Below are positions 47,817-57,785 of a DNA stretch of 64,000 nucleotides, in pieces (the stretch's first letter is position 1; each line of letters starts with the position of its first letter). The notes below the pieces were generated by a model that did no database searches, was not told the DNA's origin, and saw nothing but the letters and a program-made list of their open reading frames with translations. This DNA comes from Treponema sp. (GTDB taxonomy: Bacteria > Spirochaetota > Spirochaetia > Treponematales > Breznakiellaceae). The translations under genes and the position numbers were made by a program. The stretch lies in contig JAIRRB010000037.1 of the NCBI GenBank assembly GCA_031256195.1, forward strand, positions 3,473 through 67,472, given 5' to 3'.

Positions 47817-50717
47817 CTACTCCAGACCGAATTCCTTGCGTTTTTTCAGCAGCTCGTCATTTATGGTTATGCTGTAATCCAGCAGGGTTTCCCGCGTATC
47901 TTCGCCCTCGTTCAGTATGCGGCGCACCGCATTGGTTATATGGCGGCTTACATAGTAACCGCCCGGCACTTCCGGCGTTCCCACCGTCCAGGAACGCTGT
48001 TCCCGCAGTACGGCCATCTGCTCCGAGCCCCAGGAAAGCCGGGTAAACGCATCAAAATTCGCCGTGGGATACCGCGCCGCCGCGCCCATGACGCTTTCCA
48101 GTTCCCGGCCAAAACGGAGCTGTGTTTCGGCGCTGACCCACCACTTTAAAAATTCCCAGGCAAGGCCGGGATTCTTCGCGTTGGAAAAAATCATGGAGGC
48201 AAGGGTTCCGGTCGGTACCGAGCGGTCAATACTGCCGTCCGCTTTGCGCAGGCCGGGCATACGGGCAAAACCCCACAGGCCGCGCAGTTCCGGCGCAAAT
48301 ACTTCCAGCGTGTTAAAGTTGGTGTAATCGGCAAAGCCCAGCGGCATTTCGCCGGTACGGAAACGGTTTACAAAATCATACACCGCCGGCGTTTTATAGT
48401 GGGTAAAAAATTTCGTGTAAACATCAAACGATTCAATGGCGGTTTCGCCGTCCAGCAGAGTCCGCGAGCCGTTTTCGTTGTACAGGCTGCCCTTGCGCTG
48501 GTATAAATGCGCCAGGAAATTGGAAAAGTCGATATTGGCCTGCACGGTCGTCGCCACCGAGGGGACTCCCACATTCATGTTGTTTTTTTGAATAATGGGC
48601 AAAATGCTGATGAGGTCGTCCCATGTTTCGGGAATGTCGATGCCCAGTTCCGCAAAAATATCCTTGCGGTAAAACATGACATGGAAATACTGGGTTTCAG
48701 GAAGGCCGTAGACTCCGCCCGCATAGCGGAACGGCACAATGACGCTGGAATCAAATTCCCGCGTCAACTCTTCATAGCCCGGTAATTTTGAAACATCAAG
48801 CGCGGCGTGGCGGACGGCGTAATTCACCGGATCGACCTGCGGCACGGTGAGCGCCGCATCCGGCCCCGTACCGGCCACTACCGCCGGCATCACCGCATCG
48901 GGGGCCACCAGCTTAACATTTACCTTGATTCCCGTTTGGGGGGTAAAGGTATCGTCTATCATCCCTTTCAGAATGGAACTTTGGTCACGCCCGGCAAGCA
49001 TCCACACTTCGACAACGTCGGCGCTTTTGCGGTACACATCGCCCAAATTGTTGTAATCCACAAAAAACGAAACCAAAAAGGAGCGTATCTCGTGGGAGGC
49101 GGCGACAAGAAAATTTTCTTTAATCGGGGGCAGTTTCGCGTCGGCGCTGCTGACCATAATATAATCTATATCAAGCTGAGACTGGGCAAGGGCCAAAAGG
49201 CTGTCGCCCAGAGCGCTGATATTAAATTTAAAATTAACCAATGTCCGGGGGATTTTATCGGGCCGCCTGACAAACAGCTCCAGCTGGCGGGCCAGCGTCA
49301 ATGTGGCAGCCGCCTGGGCGCTGCGCTCGCCGGAATAGGCGGTTAAATCATCAACCAGCTTATAGAGGATTTTACTTTCCAGTTCCATTGCCGTGATAAT
49401 TTCGGGATACACCACATCCACGCGGTAATCGCGGTAAATGTCCGGCTCCGTGCCGGTTAATACCAGTATTTTGCGGTAAATTCCGTTCAGGCGGAATACG
49501 CTTTCTTCCATCACGTTGAGCATATCGCCCATGCCGCCCAAAGTCGCCTGCAGCCGCAGGGTATGCCCGCCCTGTTTCAGGGGAAAGAACAAATCCCCCT
49601 GATCGTCACGCAGCGTCACCAGTTTCCATTTATTGCTGTAGGTAAAGGGCACGGCGGCAAGTTCCACGCAGGGAATTTGCCCGTCTATCATCACCATGCG
49701 GTTCGATACAAAACCGCGGTTGTAATTCTGGCGGCCCTTAATGGTAAAGCGGTATTGGGCGTTTTCCGGCACAAAGAAATCCCATTCAATCCACTGTCCG
49801 GCAACGCGCCAGCTTTGGCCGCCTATCATGTTCAGTTTAATTTTCGCCACGCTGGGCGGCTCCGTTGCGCCGGAAGAACGGTCGTAAATGGCGTATAACG
49901 ACGGATCGGAACGGTAGCGGGCGTGTTCCCCCTGCGCGGTGAAGATAAACCCAGACTGGCCGCCGGAAAAATTACGCATATCAGCGCCCGCCGCATACTG
50001 CCGGTAATGCTGCGCCGGAGCCGGGGCCTTAAGGCTGAGCGAACGGATTGCCGCCGGTTCATTTATTCCCTCAAGCCGGATAAGGTTATTCCCTGCGTTT
50101 AAATAAAATTCGTAGGGCTGGGTACTGTAACCCAGGGAATCGCGGAAATAAGCGCCTTCCCAGCGGGGTTTTTCCACCTGGGCGGGACGAATCTCGTTGC
50201 CCTGATTATCAAAACGCACATCATTGGCGTCTCCCCAGACCCGCTGAAACATCAGCCGGTCAGCGCCCAGAAAGGGAATTTCACCGTTTATTTTGAAAGA
50301 CCGTTCAATATTGATGCCCCGCGACGGGAGGGGATAATATTCAATATACATATTATACAGGCCGGCCTGTTCAACCTGAACCGCATACTCAACAAAACTT
50401 TCTTCTTCGGTTCGCAGTACACGCCGCGTCCCTTCAAAATCATCAAGCGGGGAAACGCCGCGCGCGTTTGTCCATGAAAAAATATCCACGGAAATATCAG
50501 AAGCGGCGGGCGGAATATGCGCATAACGCTCACGGTAGCGGGTATAGGTGTTGGTTCTGCCCACGGAAGCCCCGCTTAAATCCGCCCCCCGGTATTTTGC
50601 GGAAAAATCTTTTTCCCCCATTCCGCCCAGCGCAGTATACGCCGCCGCGAGCGCGGCAAGCGCCGCCACGGTAATAACCGAGGCCTTATATTTCCGCAGT
50701 TTATTTATAATACTCAT
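47817..50717 (-). CDS. Very large (966 aa) solute-binding protein with N-terminal beta-sandwich domains
   Basis: N-terminal anchor; two CBM-like modules (VE.AGLYN..IEY...LNAG.N.IRL; W...GQWIEW...LKQG.HTLRL); C-terminal SBP fold (YGLPETQ...FYRKDIF, AWEFLKWW). Confidence 0.85.
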   Translation of the reverse strand: MSIINKLRKYKASVITVAALAALAAAYTALGGMGEKDFSAKYRGADLSGASVGRTNTYTRYRERYAHIPPAASDISVDIFSWTNARGVSPLDDFEGTRRVLRTEEESFVEYAVQVEQAGLYNMYIEYYPLPSRGINIERSFKINGEIPFLGADRLMFQRVWGDANDVRFDNQGNEIRPAQVEKPRWEGAYFRDSLGYSTQPYEFYLNAGNNLIRLEGINEPAAIRSLSLKAPAPAQHYRQYAAGADMRNFSGGQSGFIFTAQGEHARYRSDPSLYAIYDRSSGATEPPSVAKIKLNMIGGQSWRVAGQWIEWDFFVPENAQYRFTIKGRQNYNRGFVSNRMVMIDGQIPCVELAAVPFTYSNKWKLVTLRDDQGDLFFPLKQGGHTLRLQATLGGMGDMLNVMEESVFRLNGIYRKILVLTGTEPDIYRDYRVDVVYPEIITAMELESKILYKLVDDLTAYSGERSAQAAATLTLARQLELFVRRPDKIPRTLVNFKFNISALGDSLLALAQSQLDIDYIMVSSADAKLPPIKENFLVAASHEIRSFLVSFFVDYNNLGDVYRKSADVVEVWMLAGRDQSSILKGMIDDTFTPQTGIKVNVKLVAPDAVMPAVVAGTGPDAALTVPQVDPVNYAVRHAALDVSKLPGYEELTREFDSSVIVPFRYAGGVYGLPETQYFHVMFYRKDIFAELGIDIPETWDDLISILPIIQKNNMNVGVPSVATTVQANIDFSNFLAHLYQRKGSLYNENGSRTLLDGETAIESFDVYTKFFTHYKTPAVYDFVNRFRTGEMPLGFADYTNFNTLEVFAPELRGLWGFARMPGLRKADGSIDRSVPTGTLASMIFSNAKNPGLAWEFLKWWVSAETQLRFGRELESVMGAAARYPTANFDAFTRLSWGSEQMAVLREQRSWTVGTPEVPGGYYVSRHITNAVRRILNEGEDTRETLLDYSITINDELLKKRKEFGLE

Positions 50718-51982
50718 GGAGTCTTTCCCCCTGAAAGGGTACAGACAACGCCCGCTATATGAACCGATCCCTGTCTGCCGCCGGGATTAACCGCAAGGCG
50801 CAGAACATACTCCCGTTCGGGGTCAAGGTTATCGGCAATTTCGGCATAGGCATAACCATAATAGCCCCTGCGGTAATTGACATAGTTCCTGATTATAACT
50901 TTGGGGAAAGTTTCCTTTCCGTCTTCTATCCAGGCAAGGCCGTTGGTAAACTGATCGCTTTCGGCAAAGAGCAGACCCACGGATTTGCCCCGAACGCGGA
51001 CGGAAAGATCGGCCTGGGGATTATCGGTTGTCCAGCCGGTCAGGGGCCGGCCTCCCCTGCCGGGCCATTCATCGGGCAGTATCGCCGGGGCGGCTTGCCA
51101 GCGGCTGGTATCAAAATTGAGCATCGCACCGGCGTCCTGACCGCCGATAAGGGCGACCTGCTGAAATTCAGCGGAAACCAGCGGCGCGGGAAGCGCGGTA
51201 TTAACCGGGGGCAGGGCATCGTCCGGCGGAAGGCTGTCCCAGACGGCGTCAAGATAGCGTATAATGCCTTCGGCGATATTGGCATGGCCGTCGTTGTTGG
51301 GGTGAATCGCCTCGGAACCGGTAAACCACCGGTCCCATTCGGAAAATTTTACCCAATCCGCCCAGGCCAAAACGGGAATACCGTAATGTTTGCCGATACG
51401 CTCCTGCTCGCGAAAGGTGCTTTTATTGGAATCGGCTTTTTCGTTTAACGCAATGACCATAACGGAGCGCGCCGACCCGGCAAGCAACTGCCGCAGCACC
51501 CCTTCAAAGGAACGCTGGCGTACACGGGCGTTGAGCCATTGATCGTTAATGGCAAATTCAACGATAACCAGGTCCGGCTCGTAAGCCAGCGCATGATCTT
51601 TTACGCGAACAGCCGCAAAAGCGGAATCAGTCCCGCTTGCCCCGGAATTGTGAAACTCCGCCGCGCCGCCCGATACTTTTGCTTTTTCCTGCCACCAGCG
51701 GTTAAGCTGACCCGCCCATCCTGCGGACGCAGGCGGCTGCGCCTGATACCCAGTCGTAATGGAACCGCCCAGCGCAACCACGGATACCGTTTCGCCCCGG
51801 CGGAGTTTTGCCAGCGTATGCTGCAGGCGGGCGTTTCCCGCTGTTTCTTTGGAAGCGGCGCCTGTGGCGGCGCCGGTAGCGCAGGCAGACAAACAGACAA
51901 TTCCGGTTACTATACCGATAAAAATCAGCGCGGATACCGCATATCTGCGATTTCCTGATACCGAGTTTTTACCTAACAGCAT
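50714..51982 (-). CDS. SGNH acetylesterase lipoprotein (CE17-like)
   Basis: Lipobox LSAC; LGGSIT, NSGASGT, EFAIND, IHPNNDGH blocks; C-terminal beta-sandwich. Confidence 0.8.
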   Translation of the reverse strand: MLLGKNSVSGNRRYAVSALIFIGIVTGIVCLSACATGAATGAASKETAGNARLQHTLAKLRRGETVSVVALGGSITTGYQAQPPASAGWAGQLNRWWQEKAKVSGGAAEFHNSGASGTDSAFAAVRVKDHALAYEPDLVIVEFAINDQWLNARVRQRSFEGVLRQLLAGSARSVMVIALNEKADSNKSTFREQERIGKHYGIPVLAWADWVKFSEWDRWFTGSEAIHPNNDGHANIAEGIIRYLDAVWDSLPPDDALPPVNTALPAPLVSAEFQQVALIGGQDAGAMLNFDTSRWQAAPAILPDEWPGRGGRPLTGWTTDNPQADLSVRVRGKSVGLLFAESDQFTNGLAWIEDGKETFPKVIIRNYVNYRRGYYGYAYAEIADNLDPEREYVLRLAVNPGGRQGSVHIAGVVCTLSGGKTP

Positions 51983-52041
51983 ATCCGGCCGCCTCCCTTG
52001 TATTTACTATCTATCCACCAATATCTGCCTACAGACAGACT

Positions 52042-53295
52042 CTATTTAACCGCTCCTATCATGGCCTTGATACAGGCCGCGCTTTCATCTGAATTGGGCT
52101 GGCCGGTACTACGGTTCAAAAGGCCGAATTTTTCCCCCGTGCCGGTAAAGCTGCCGTTGTCCCAATAAAGGGGAACCAGGCCGTTTTCTTTGGCTTTACT
52201 GAATACCCAGGAAAAATAATCGAGCCGGTTTTTCCGTGTTGCGTCTTCTTTGGCCTTGTCCGCATCATATGTCTGCCGCACCGCGCCGCTTTCGCCGATT
52301 ATGACGGGAATATTTTTGTCGATATACTTTGACTTAAAAGGGGCAAAATCATTGACCACTTTATTTTTATCCGCGCTTGTGCCCCACTCAGAGCGCGTAC
52401 CGGCGATTCCAAATTCATAGGGATCATAGTAATGAAAGGTAACAATCTGTTTGTTGGGGGCACTGTCCGGCGGCAGCCAAAAATAAGAGGCAAGCGTATG
52501 TTTGGGAACGGTACAGTAACCGGGCAGCACCACATAACGAGTCGCGTTATTGGCGCCGGTTCCCCGTACCACTTCCGTAAAAAAACGGTTCCAGTCATTC
52601 ACAATATCGTATTGAGAACTCTGGGCGCTATCGCTGCCCCAGCCCCAGTTACCGTCATGAATCTCGTTCATTGATTCAAAAATCAGCCAGTCGCCGTGAT
52701 TTTTGAAATAGACCGCTATCTGCTTCCACACCCGGACAAATTTATGCGTTACTTCATAGTAGCCTTCCGGGCTTGCGCGGGCCTTGTTAATGGAAAGCCA
52801 GCCATTGTCCTTTCCCCCGTTGACGGTTGAACCGTCATGGTGCAGGTTGATAATCGCCTTGAGACCGGCCTTATGGGCCATTTCCGCCACTTCGGCGACC
52901 CGTTCCAGATATTTTTCACTAAGGTGATGATCCGGCGCGGCGCCGATGTACCCCATCCAGGTGATAGGGATGCGGACCAAGTCAAAACCGGCCGCTTTTA
53001 CCCCGTCAAGCAGGGCCTGATTTATTTTGGGGTTGCCCCAGCCCGTTTCATTCGCCCGGCCACCGACATAAGCGTCCAGACTATTGCCGATATTCCAGCC
53101 AACGAGCAGTTTTTCATCCCGAAAATAATCAAAAGCTGATTTTTCACTCATCGGCTCCAGGGAATAATTATTTTCCGTGTCGGGGACGGTGGGAACATAG
53201 GAAAGATTGACCTCGCCCGGCCGCGTGGCAGGCGATGAAGGGCATGATACCGCCAGCAGAACCGGCAGTATCATGCATATCAGTAACTTCTTCAT
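52042..53295 (-). CDS. GH5 endoglycanase lipoprotein (subfamily 4-like)
   Basis: Lipobox AVSC; GWNIGNSLD, VRIPITW, NLHHD, FESMNE, HYYDP, IIGESG, YWDNG. Confidence 0.93.
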   Translation of the reverse strand: MKKLLICMILPVLLAVSCPSSPATRPGEVNLSYVPTVPDTENNYSLEPMSEKSAFDYFRDEKLLVGWNIGNSLDAYVGGRANETGWGNPKINQALLDGVKAAGFDLVRIPITWMGYIGAAPDHHLSEKYLERVAEVAEMAHKAGLKAIINLHHDGSTVNGGKDNGWLSINKARASPEGYYEVTHKFVRVWKQIAVYFKNHGDWLIFESMNEIHDGNWGWGSDSAQSSQYDIVNDWNRFFTEVVRGTGANNATRYVVLPGYCTVPKHTLASYFWLPPDSAPNKQIVTFHYYDPYEFGIAGTRSEWGTSADKNKVVNDFAPFKSKYIDKNIPVIIGESGAVRQTYDADKAKEDATRKNRLDYFSWVFSKAKENGLVPLYWDNGSFTGTGEKFGLLNRSTGQPNSDESAACIKAMIGAVK

Positions 53296-53304
53296 TAAAA
53301 TGTT

Positions 53305-54396
53305 TTATTCCTGGGTAAATACAAATTCGGTGAAGTCCAATGTCACCGATTTTTTTGCGCCGGAATTGGGCGTACCCTTTTTACCTTCGCCTTTGGTCAG
53401 GAATACCAACGCATTGGCGGCCCCGGATGAACCGGTCGCTTCCGCCACCGTCGTGAAAGTGAGGGTCACGGAAACTTTTTCACCCGCTTTGGAAGTGGGA
53501 ATCTCCGCCATGCCTTCATCGCCAAGCCATGAAAGCGGTTTCCAGTAGCTTGCGGCGGGAGTAGTATCAACCAAACCCACTTGAACAATATCTTCCAGAT
53601 CGCGGCTGGTCGTGTAGGTTATTTTTAAGGTAAAGGTTTCACCCGGAACGAGTTTATGACCGTTAAACAGCCGTTTGTCGGAAAACACGCCCTGATACCC
53701 GTCTCCGTACTGGAAATTGTCCAGTAATTTGAAAGCCATAGCGCCCAAATCGCCGCCAACGCCCTTGGCCGCCGCCGCGGGAGCCGCCTTCTTGGTTTTG
53801 GTATTCTGTGTCGGGATGCCGCCGGTATACAGCTTGAGGTCCCACAATTTAAATTCATAGGGACCGGGAGCCCCGCTGCGCGTTGTCTGGAATTCTATCC
53901 ATTCCGCCAGGCTCTGGTCGAAAATCTCGGTTTTACCCCATGAAGCCTGCATAAAGTACGCCATGGGGACAATAATCAGCATTTCCTGACCGTCTACCGT
54001 GTCAAAACTATATTGATAATACGCATAATCCGTTATGTTCGAGGTGGGGATTTTGATCATGTAGGCATCCCCGTCTCCTTTAACCTTAAAGGACACGGCG
54101 GTCATGGTTTTGAGCAGGTCCAGCATATCCCCCGCGGGGTATACCTTTACATAGACATCGCCATACTGATACTCGTTGGTTATGGTGCCGGCAAAACTGT
54201 AGGCAGTTATACCCCCTTCCGTACCTTCGGTCATGGTAATGGTGGACGTACCCCCGTTACTGGCATCGTTGTCGGTTTGCCAGTCCCAGACCCCTTCATG
54301 GGCAACAACTTTTCCGCCGCCGGTAGAAGCGCAGGAAAGAACCAGCGCCAACAGCGCCCCGCAGAACACTAAAGATACCATCTGTGCCTTTTTCAT
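53305..54396 (-). CDS. Non-catalytic lipoprotein with CIA30/CBM11-like domain plus a second beta-sandwich
   Basis: Lipobox VLSC; W...ND..NGGTS, SFKVKGDG..Y, F.Q..WG pattern; Ala/Lys linker. Confidence 0.72.
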   Translation of the reverse strand: MKKAQMVSLVFCGALLALVLSCASTGGGKVVAHEGVWDWQTDNDASNGGTSTITMTEGTEGGITAYSFAGTITNEYQYGDVYVKVYPAGDMLDLLKTMTAVSFKVKGDGDAYMIKIPTSNITDYAYYQYSFDTVDGQEMLIIVPMAYFMQASWGKTEIFDQSLAEWIEFQTTRSGAPGPYEFKLWDLKLYTGGIPTQNTKTKKAAPAAAAKGVGGDLGAMAFKLLDNFQYGDGYQGVFSDKRLFNGHKLVPGETFTLKITYTTSRDLEDIVQVGLVDTTPAASYWKPLSWLGDEGMAEIPTSKAGEKVSVTLTFTTVAEATGSSGAANALVFLTKGEGKKGTPNSGAKKSVTLDFTEFVFTQE

Positions 54397-54426
54397 AGTT
54401 ACTCCTCCAAATCAAAATATTGGCTT

Positions 54427-54455
54427 ATTATAAGGCGTTACGGCAGCCTCGTCAA
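54427..54455 (-). promoter_or_regulatory. Near-consensus sigma70 promoter for the 54396-35400 operon
   Basis: TTGACG-N17-TATAAT; GGAGGAG RBS before ATG 54396. Confidence 0.75.
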
Positions 54456-54475
54456 GCGGGTAGGACCATCATTTT

Positions 54476-54540
54476 TTTACCGCGGAGGATACGGAGAAAA
54501 CGGAGGATATTAAGGGAAAATCAGGGAAAAACCACGGAAA
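54476..54540. repeat. Palindromic element family 1, degenerate half copy F
   Basis: tttaccgcggaggatacggagaaaacggagg...accacggaaa. Confidence 0.6.
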
Positions 54541-54546
54541 AACCGG

Positions 54547-55194
54547 TTATACCGCTTTCGCTGCGATACTTCGTAACTGCAAAAGCATTTTTTTGAAACT
54601 TGGAGAAATATTACTATCAACATTCATATAGGGACTAATTTCTTCTGCCCAGACAGATTTTTGCTTTCCGATAGCCTGCCATCCCTCTTTAATTAATGCT
54701 CTGCTCCCTCCCTTGCAGACAGCGTCAGCAAGAAGTTCCCATGTACCGCAAATCGAATCGTTTTTGTACCCACTCAAAATAGTGTCTTTGGCTTTGGGAT
54801 ACGCTTTTCGTACAGCAGCAAGATCGCCGAGATACCATGCCTCAAATTCTTCAATGGCAAGACAAAAACAAACGTCCGGTTTGGGGCTGCAACTGTTCAG
54901 TACGCCATTTAATTCAGACAGAAATTGTTTTTCAATTTTATCATCTAAATCACAGATAATTATTACACATCCGTAGTTGGGGACTTTGCCATACCCACGT
55001 AACAACCGGGGCAGTTGAGCAAGCAGTATTCGTTTACCCGCATCACTTTTTGGCCTTAAGTCTTTTGGAAGACATCCAAGGCCTTTATAGGGACGGATTA
55101 TTCTATATGTTGCTTTACCTTTCAGCAATTTGGGGATCAAGATATCCATTGCCTTTGCACCTGACTGATCTTCCACAAGAAATTCAAAGTGCAT
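54547..55194 (-). CDS. DUF4276-like (TOPRIM-like) protein
   Basis: FLVEDQSG, IICDLDD, AIEEFEAWYLGD, N.SPSF; coupled to the upstream ATPase. Confidence 0.75.
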   Translation of the reverse strand: MHFEFLVEDQSGAKAMDILIPKLLKGKATYRIIRPYKGLGCLPKDLRPKSDAGKRILLAQLPRLLRGYGKVPNYGCVIIICDLDDKIEKQFLSELNGVLNSCSPKPDVCFCLAIEEFEAWYLGDLAAVRKAYPKAKDTILSGYKNDSICGTWELLADAVCKGGSRALIKEGWQAIGKQKSVWAEEISPYMNVDSNISPSFKKMLLQLRSIAAKAV

Positions 55195-56470
55195 TTCGTT
55201 TTCCTTCAAAATAATCACTATACCATAATCCCCCCAGAGGCAGCCCCTCATTTACTAAACCTTGGATGACGGGATCATCGCTTGCGCGGCGAATTTTTGA
55301 AAACCCGTCATCGCCTTTTTCCAGTATCCAAACCTCTTTCGGTTCCAGCGCATCAACAAAATACGGCTGATGCGTAGTGATAAAAATTTGGGATTTATTC
55401 TTTTCGTTTGTGACATGTGTCCGGAATTGCTGTGCAAGATTTTCGAGTAACTTATGGTATAGCCCGTTTTCCGGTTCTTCAATGCAAATGAACGGCGGCG
55501 GCGTTGGGTCTGAAAGCAATAATAAATACGCAAATACTTTTAAGGTGCCGTCAGACATCTGCTGTGCAAGGAATGGGTCTTTAAATTCTTTTTTATTGAA
55601 TTTTAATAACAGTTGATTGTTGGGCATACGTTCGACAGATATTTTCTCGATCCCGGGTATTTTTTCAGCAATATCATCAATTATTTTCCGGAATTGCTTT
55701 GGGTGGTCACGTTCCATAAACTGAACAACATTACCCATATTGTCACCGTGTATATTTAAATGTTTTTGCGGGCCAGCCAGAGGCAGTTCGCGGGCTGCGT
55801 CAGGCCTGAAATATGAAAGATACCAACCTTCGATGAATTGCCTAAACGCGGAAATCCTGGGGTGTTGCTTTAGCGCGCCAAGTGTGGCAATACCCAATCG
55901 ACGATTATCCTCCAGTTCAACAACTTCCCTCTCGGTTGATTCTTCACGCATTAATTCAGCAATATCTTCTGAAGTAAACTGTCCTGTATCTTCGTTTATT
56001 CCCTGATATTTTCCTTTCCATACAACACCCATGCCATCCTCGAGAATTAAAAACGAATATGGCCGACCGAGTGATTTTTGCCCCTCTCTCCGCTGGCGCA
56101 AACGCTCGCTTTTGACATAAGGACGGCCATGATCATCAAGGGTAAACGCTACTTCGTAAGTAATGGGTAGTTCAGTACGGGTTTCCCGATAATAAATTTC
56201 AAACATAATAGGTTCGTTAACATCTTGCGATATTATCCGTTCAAATCCGCCACGTCCCTTCGCGTCGCAGGCTTCTTCAACTCCCAATTTCAAACAATCC
56301 GACAAGAAACCAAACGCATCAAAGAGTGTGCTTTTTCCTGAACCATTTTTACCAATTACCGCAGTCATGGGCGTCAATTCACCGGAACTTCTCGCATTCC
56401 ACAAACGGCCAAGCGTAATATCACGTAAAGTTCTGAAATTGCGAATCCTGAAGCCTTCAATCTTTGCCAT
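55184..56470 (-). CDS. ABC-type ATPase (AAA_21/AbiEii-like)
   Basis: IRNFRTL, Walker A GKNGSGKS, MSDGTLK signature, Walker B ICIEEPENGL, TTHQP H-loop; no TM. Confidence 0.9.
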   Translation of the reverse strand: MAKIEGFRIRNFRTLRDITLGRLWNARSSGELTPMTAVIGKNGSGKSTLFDAFGFLSDCLKLGVEEACDAKGRGGFERIISQDVNEPIMFEIYYRETRTELPITYEVAFTLDDHGRPYVKSERLRQRREGQKSLGRPYSFLILEDGMGVVWKGKYQGINEDTGQFTSEDIAELMREESTEREVVELEDNRRLGIATLGALKQHPRISAFRQFIEGWYLSYFRPDAARELPLAGPQKHLNIHGDNMGNVVQFMERDHPKQFRKIIDDIAEKIPGIEKISVERMPNNQLLLKFNKKEFKDPFLAQQMSDGTLKVFAYLLLLSDPTPPPFICIEEPENGLYHKLLENLAQQFRTHVTNEKNKSQIFITTHQPYFVDALEPKEVWILEKGDDGFSKIRRASDDPVIQGLVNEGLPLGGLWYSDYFEGKRNAL

Positions 56471-56537
56471 TTATTATTCTCCCTTGCTTGAGTAACGTAT
56501 GGGTAAATTATACACGAGATTATATTTTTTCCACTAC

Positions 56538-57674
56538 TCAATTTTCCAGACTGAGGGATGATAAATCGGGCAATTTGTCCAGGGTTATGACCAGGTCGTG
56601 GTTATAGACATAGCGTTTATGGGCATTGGTGTTGTGGTATTCGCCGGTCCAGAAATTGCCGCTGGTGGTTTCGCCTTCGGCGTAACCGGCGTCGTTCCAG
56701 GTCATAAACCAGGACCACATGGCGTTGTCATTTTTGCATTGGGCAGGGTCGGGGATTTCACCGTTTTCGGTCAGGGCGACGATGCGGTTTTTTTCCGGGA
56801 CCATTTCCAGCGTTTCCCTGAATTTTTGATACTGCGAGGAATAGTCTTTTTGCCGCGGATAGACATCGTAGCCGACAATGTGAACCGTGTCCGGGTTGGG
56901 AAACCAGTCTTTGTGCTGGCCGTTCCATACCCAAATCAGGTTATCGAGTTTTTTGGTATTGGTCAGGTAATCGTACATATATTCCCACAGGGCTATACAA
57001 CGCGCCGCGGGAGCGGAAACATCTTTTGCCCCCCACCAGAACCAGCCGCCGGAGGCTTCATGCAGGGGCCGCCAGAGTACGGGAATATCTTTATCTTTCA
57101 GTATTTGCAGCAGGGCGGCAACCTTATCCAAATCGTTTTTTATGGTTTGGAAGGCGGCGCTTTCGGCGTCCAGTTTGCCGTCTTTCCAGGGAATGCGGAA
57201 AGCGGTTCTGTCGGTGTAAAATTCTGTCGGTGTTCGCCAGTGCCAGCAAAAGGCGACTATGCCGTGAATGTCCGGCCTGTCCGGCAGTAACTGCGCGGCG
57301 GGCGTTACGCCGTACATTTTGTTTTTGCCTTCCCACCATTCAACCGCCTCATCAACCTGATTTTTGCCGTAGCCGCTCCAATTGTGGGGAAGGTCAAGAA
57401 AATCAAAACCTTTCAGGGCCGGATACTTGCCCGTGTCGTAAAACACACGGGCTATCATGTCCATTCGATTATTTTCGGCCCAGGCGGTATCCATTTGGCC
57501 GCTGATGATGCGGTTGCCGTATTCATCGGCAAGGAAATTGAGCAGCCGCTGGGCATTATCCGACAGGCTGCCCGCATTAATGACCGGCGGTTCAACGGGT
57601 TCGGGCGGCTCCGGCTGGGAAGGGCACGAAGCACAAAACATGAGCATAATTACCAATACTATCAGTTTCCACAC
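56538..57674 (-). CDS. Endo-beta-1,4-mannanase GH26 lipoprotein
   Basis: Lipobox CASC, TGKYPALKGFDF, CWHW, WRPLHEASGGWFWWG (acid/base), NLIWVWN, GYDVY, ALTENG (nucleophile), WSWFMTW; GTG start inferred from RBS. Confidence 0.95.
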   Translation of the reverse strand: MWKLIVLVIMLMFCASCPSQPEPPEPVEPPVINAGSLSDNAQRLLNFLADEYGNRIISGQMDTAWAENNRMDMIARVFYDTGKYPALKGFDFLDLPHNWSGYGKNQVDEAVEWWEGKNKMYGVTPAAQLLPDRPDIHGIVAFCWHWRTPTEFYTDRTAFRIPWKDGKLDAESAAFQTIKNDLDKVAALLQILKDKDIPVLWRPLHEASGGWFWWGAKDVSAPAARCIALWEYMYDYLTNTKKLDNLIWVWNGQHKDWFPNPDTVHIVGYDVYPRQKDYSSQYQKFRETLEMVPEKNRIVALTENGEIPDPAQCKNDNAMWSWFMTWNDAGYAEGETTSGNFWTGEYHNTNAHKRYVYNHDLVITLDKLPDLSSLSLEN

Positions 57675-57695
57675 AATCTGTACCCCCAATCCCGA

Positions 57696-57768
57696 AAGAC
57701 TTTACCACGGAGTTTCACGAAGAAAATTAAAGATGATTATCGTACCGCAACTCCGTGGTTAAATTCTT
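57696..57768. repeat. Palindromic element family 1, copy G
   Basis: aagactttaccacggagtttcacg...ctccgtggttaaattctt. Confidence 0.88.
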
Positions 57769-57785
57769 CTTGAAAAATTCTAATC

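Noticed and set aside
55184-56470. ATPase as the missing energiser of the sugar ABC importers
   Set aside because: Signature MSDGT and EEPEN motifs, a long insert and a DUF4276-like partner mark it as an AAA_21-type ATPase, not MalK/MsmK; a shared ATPase elsewhere is more likely
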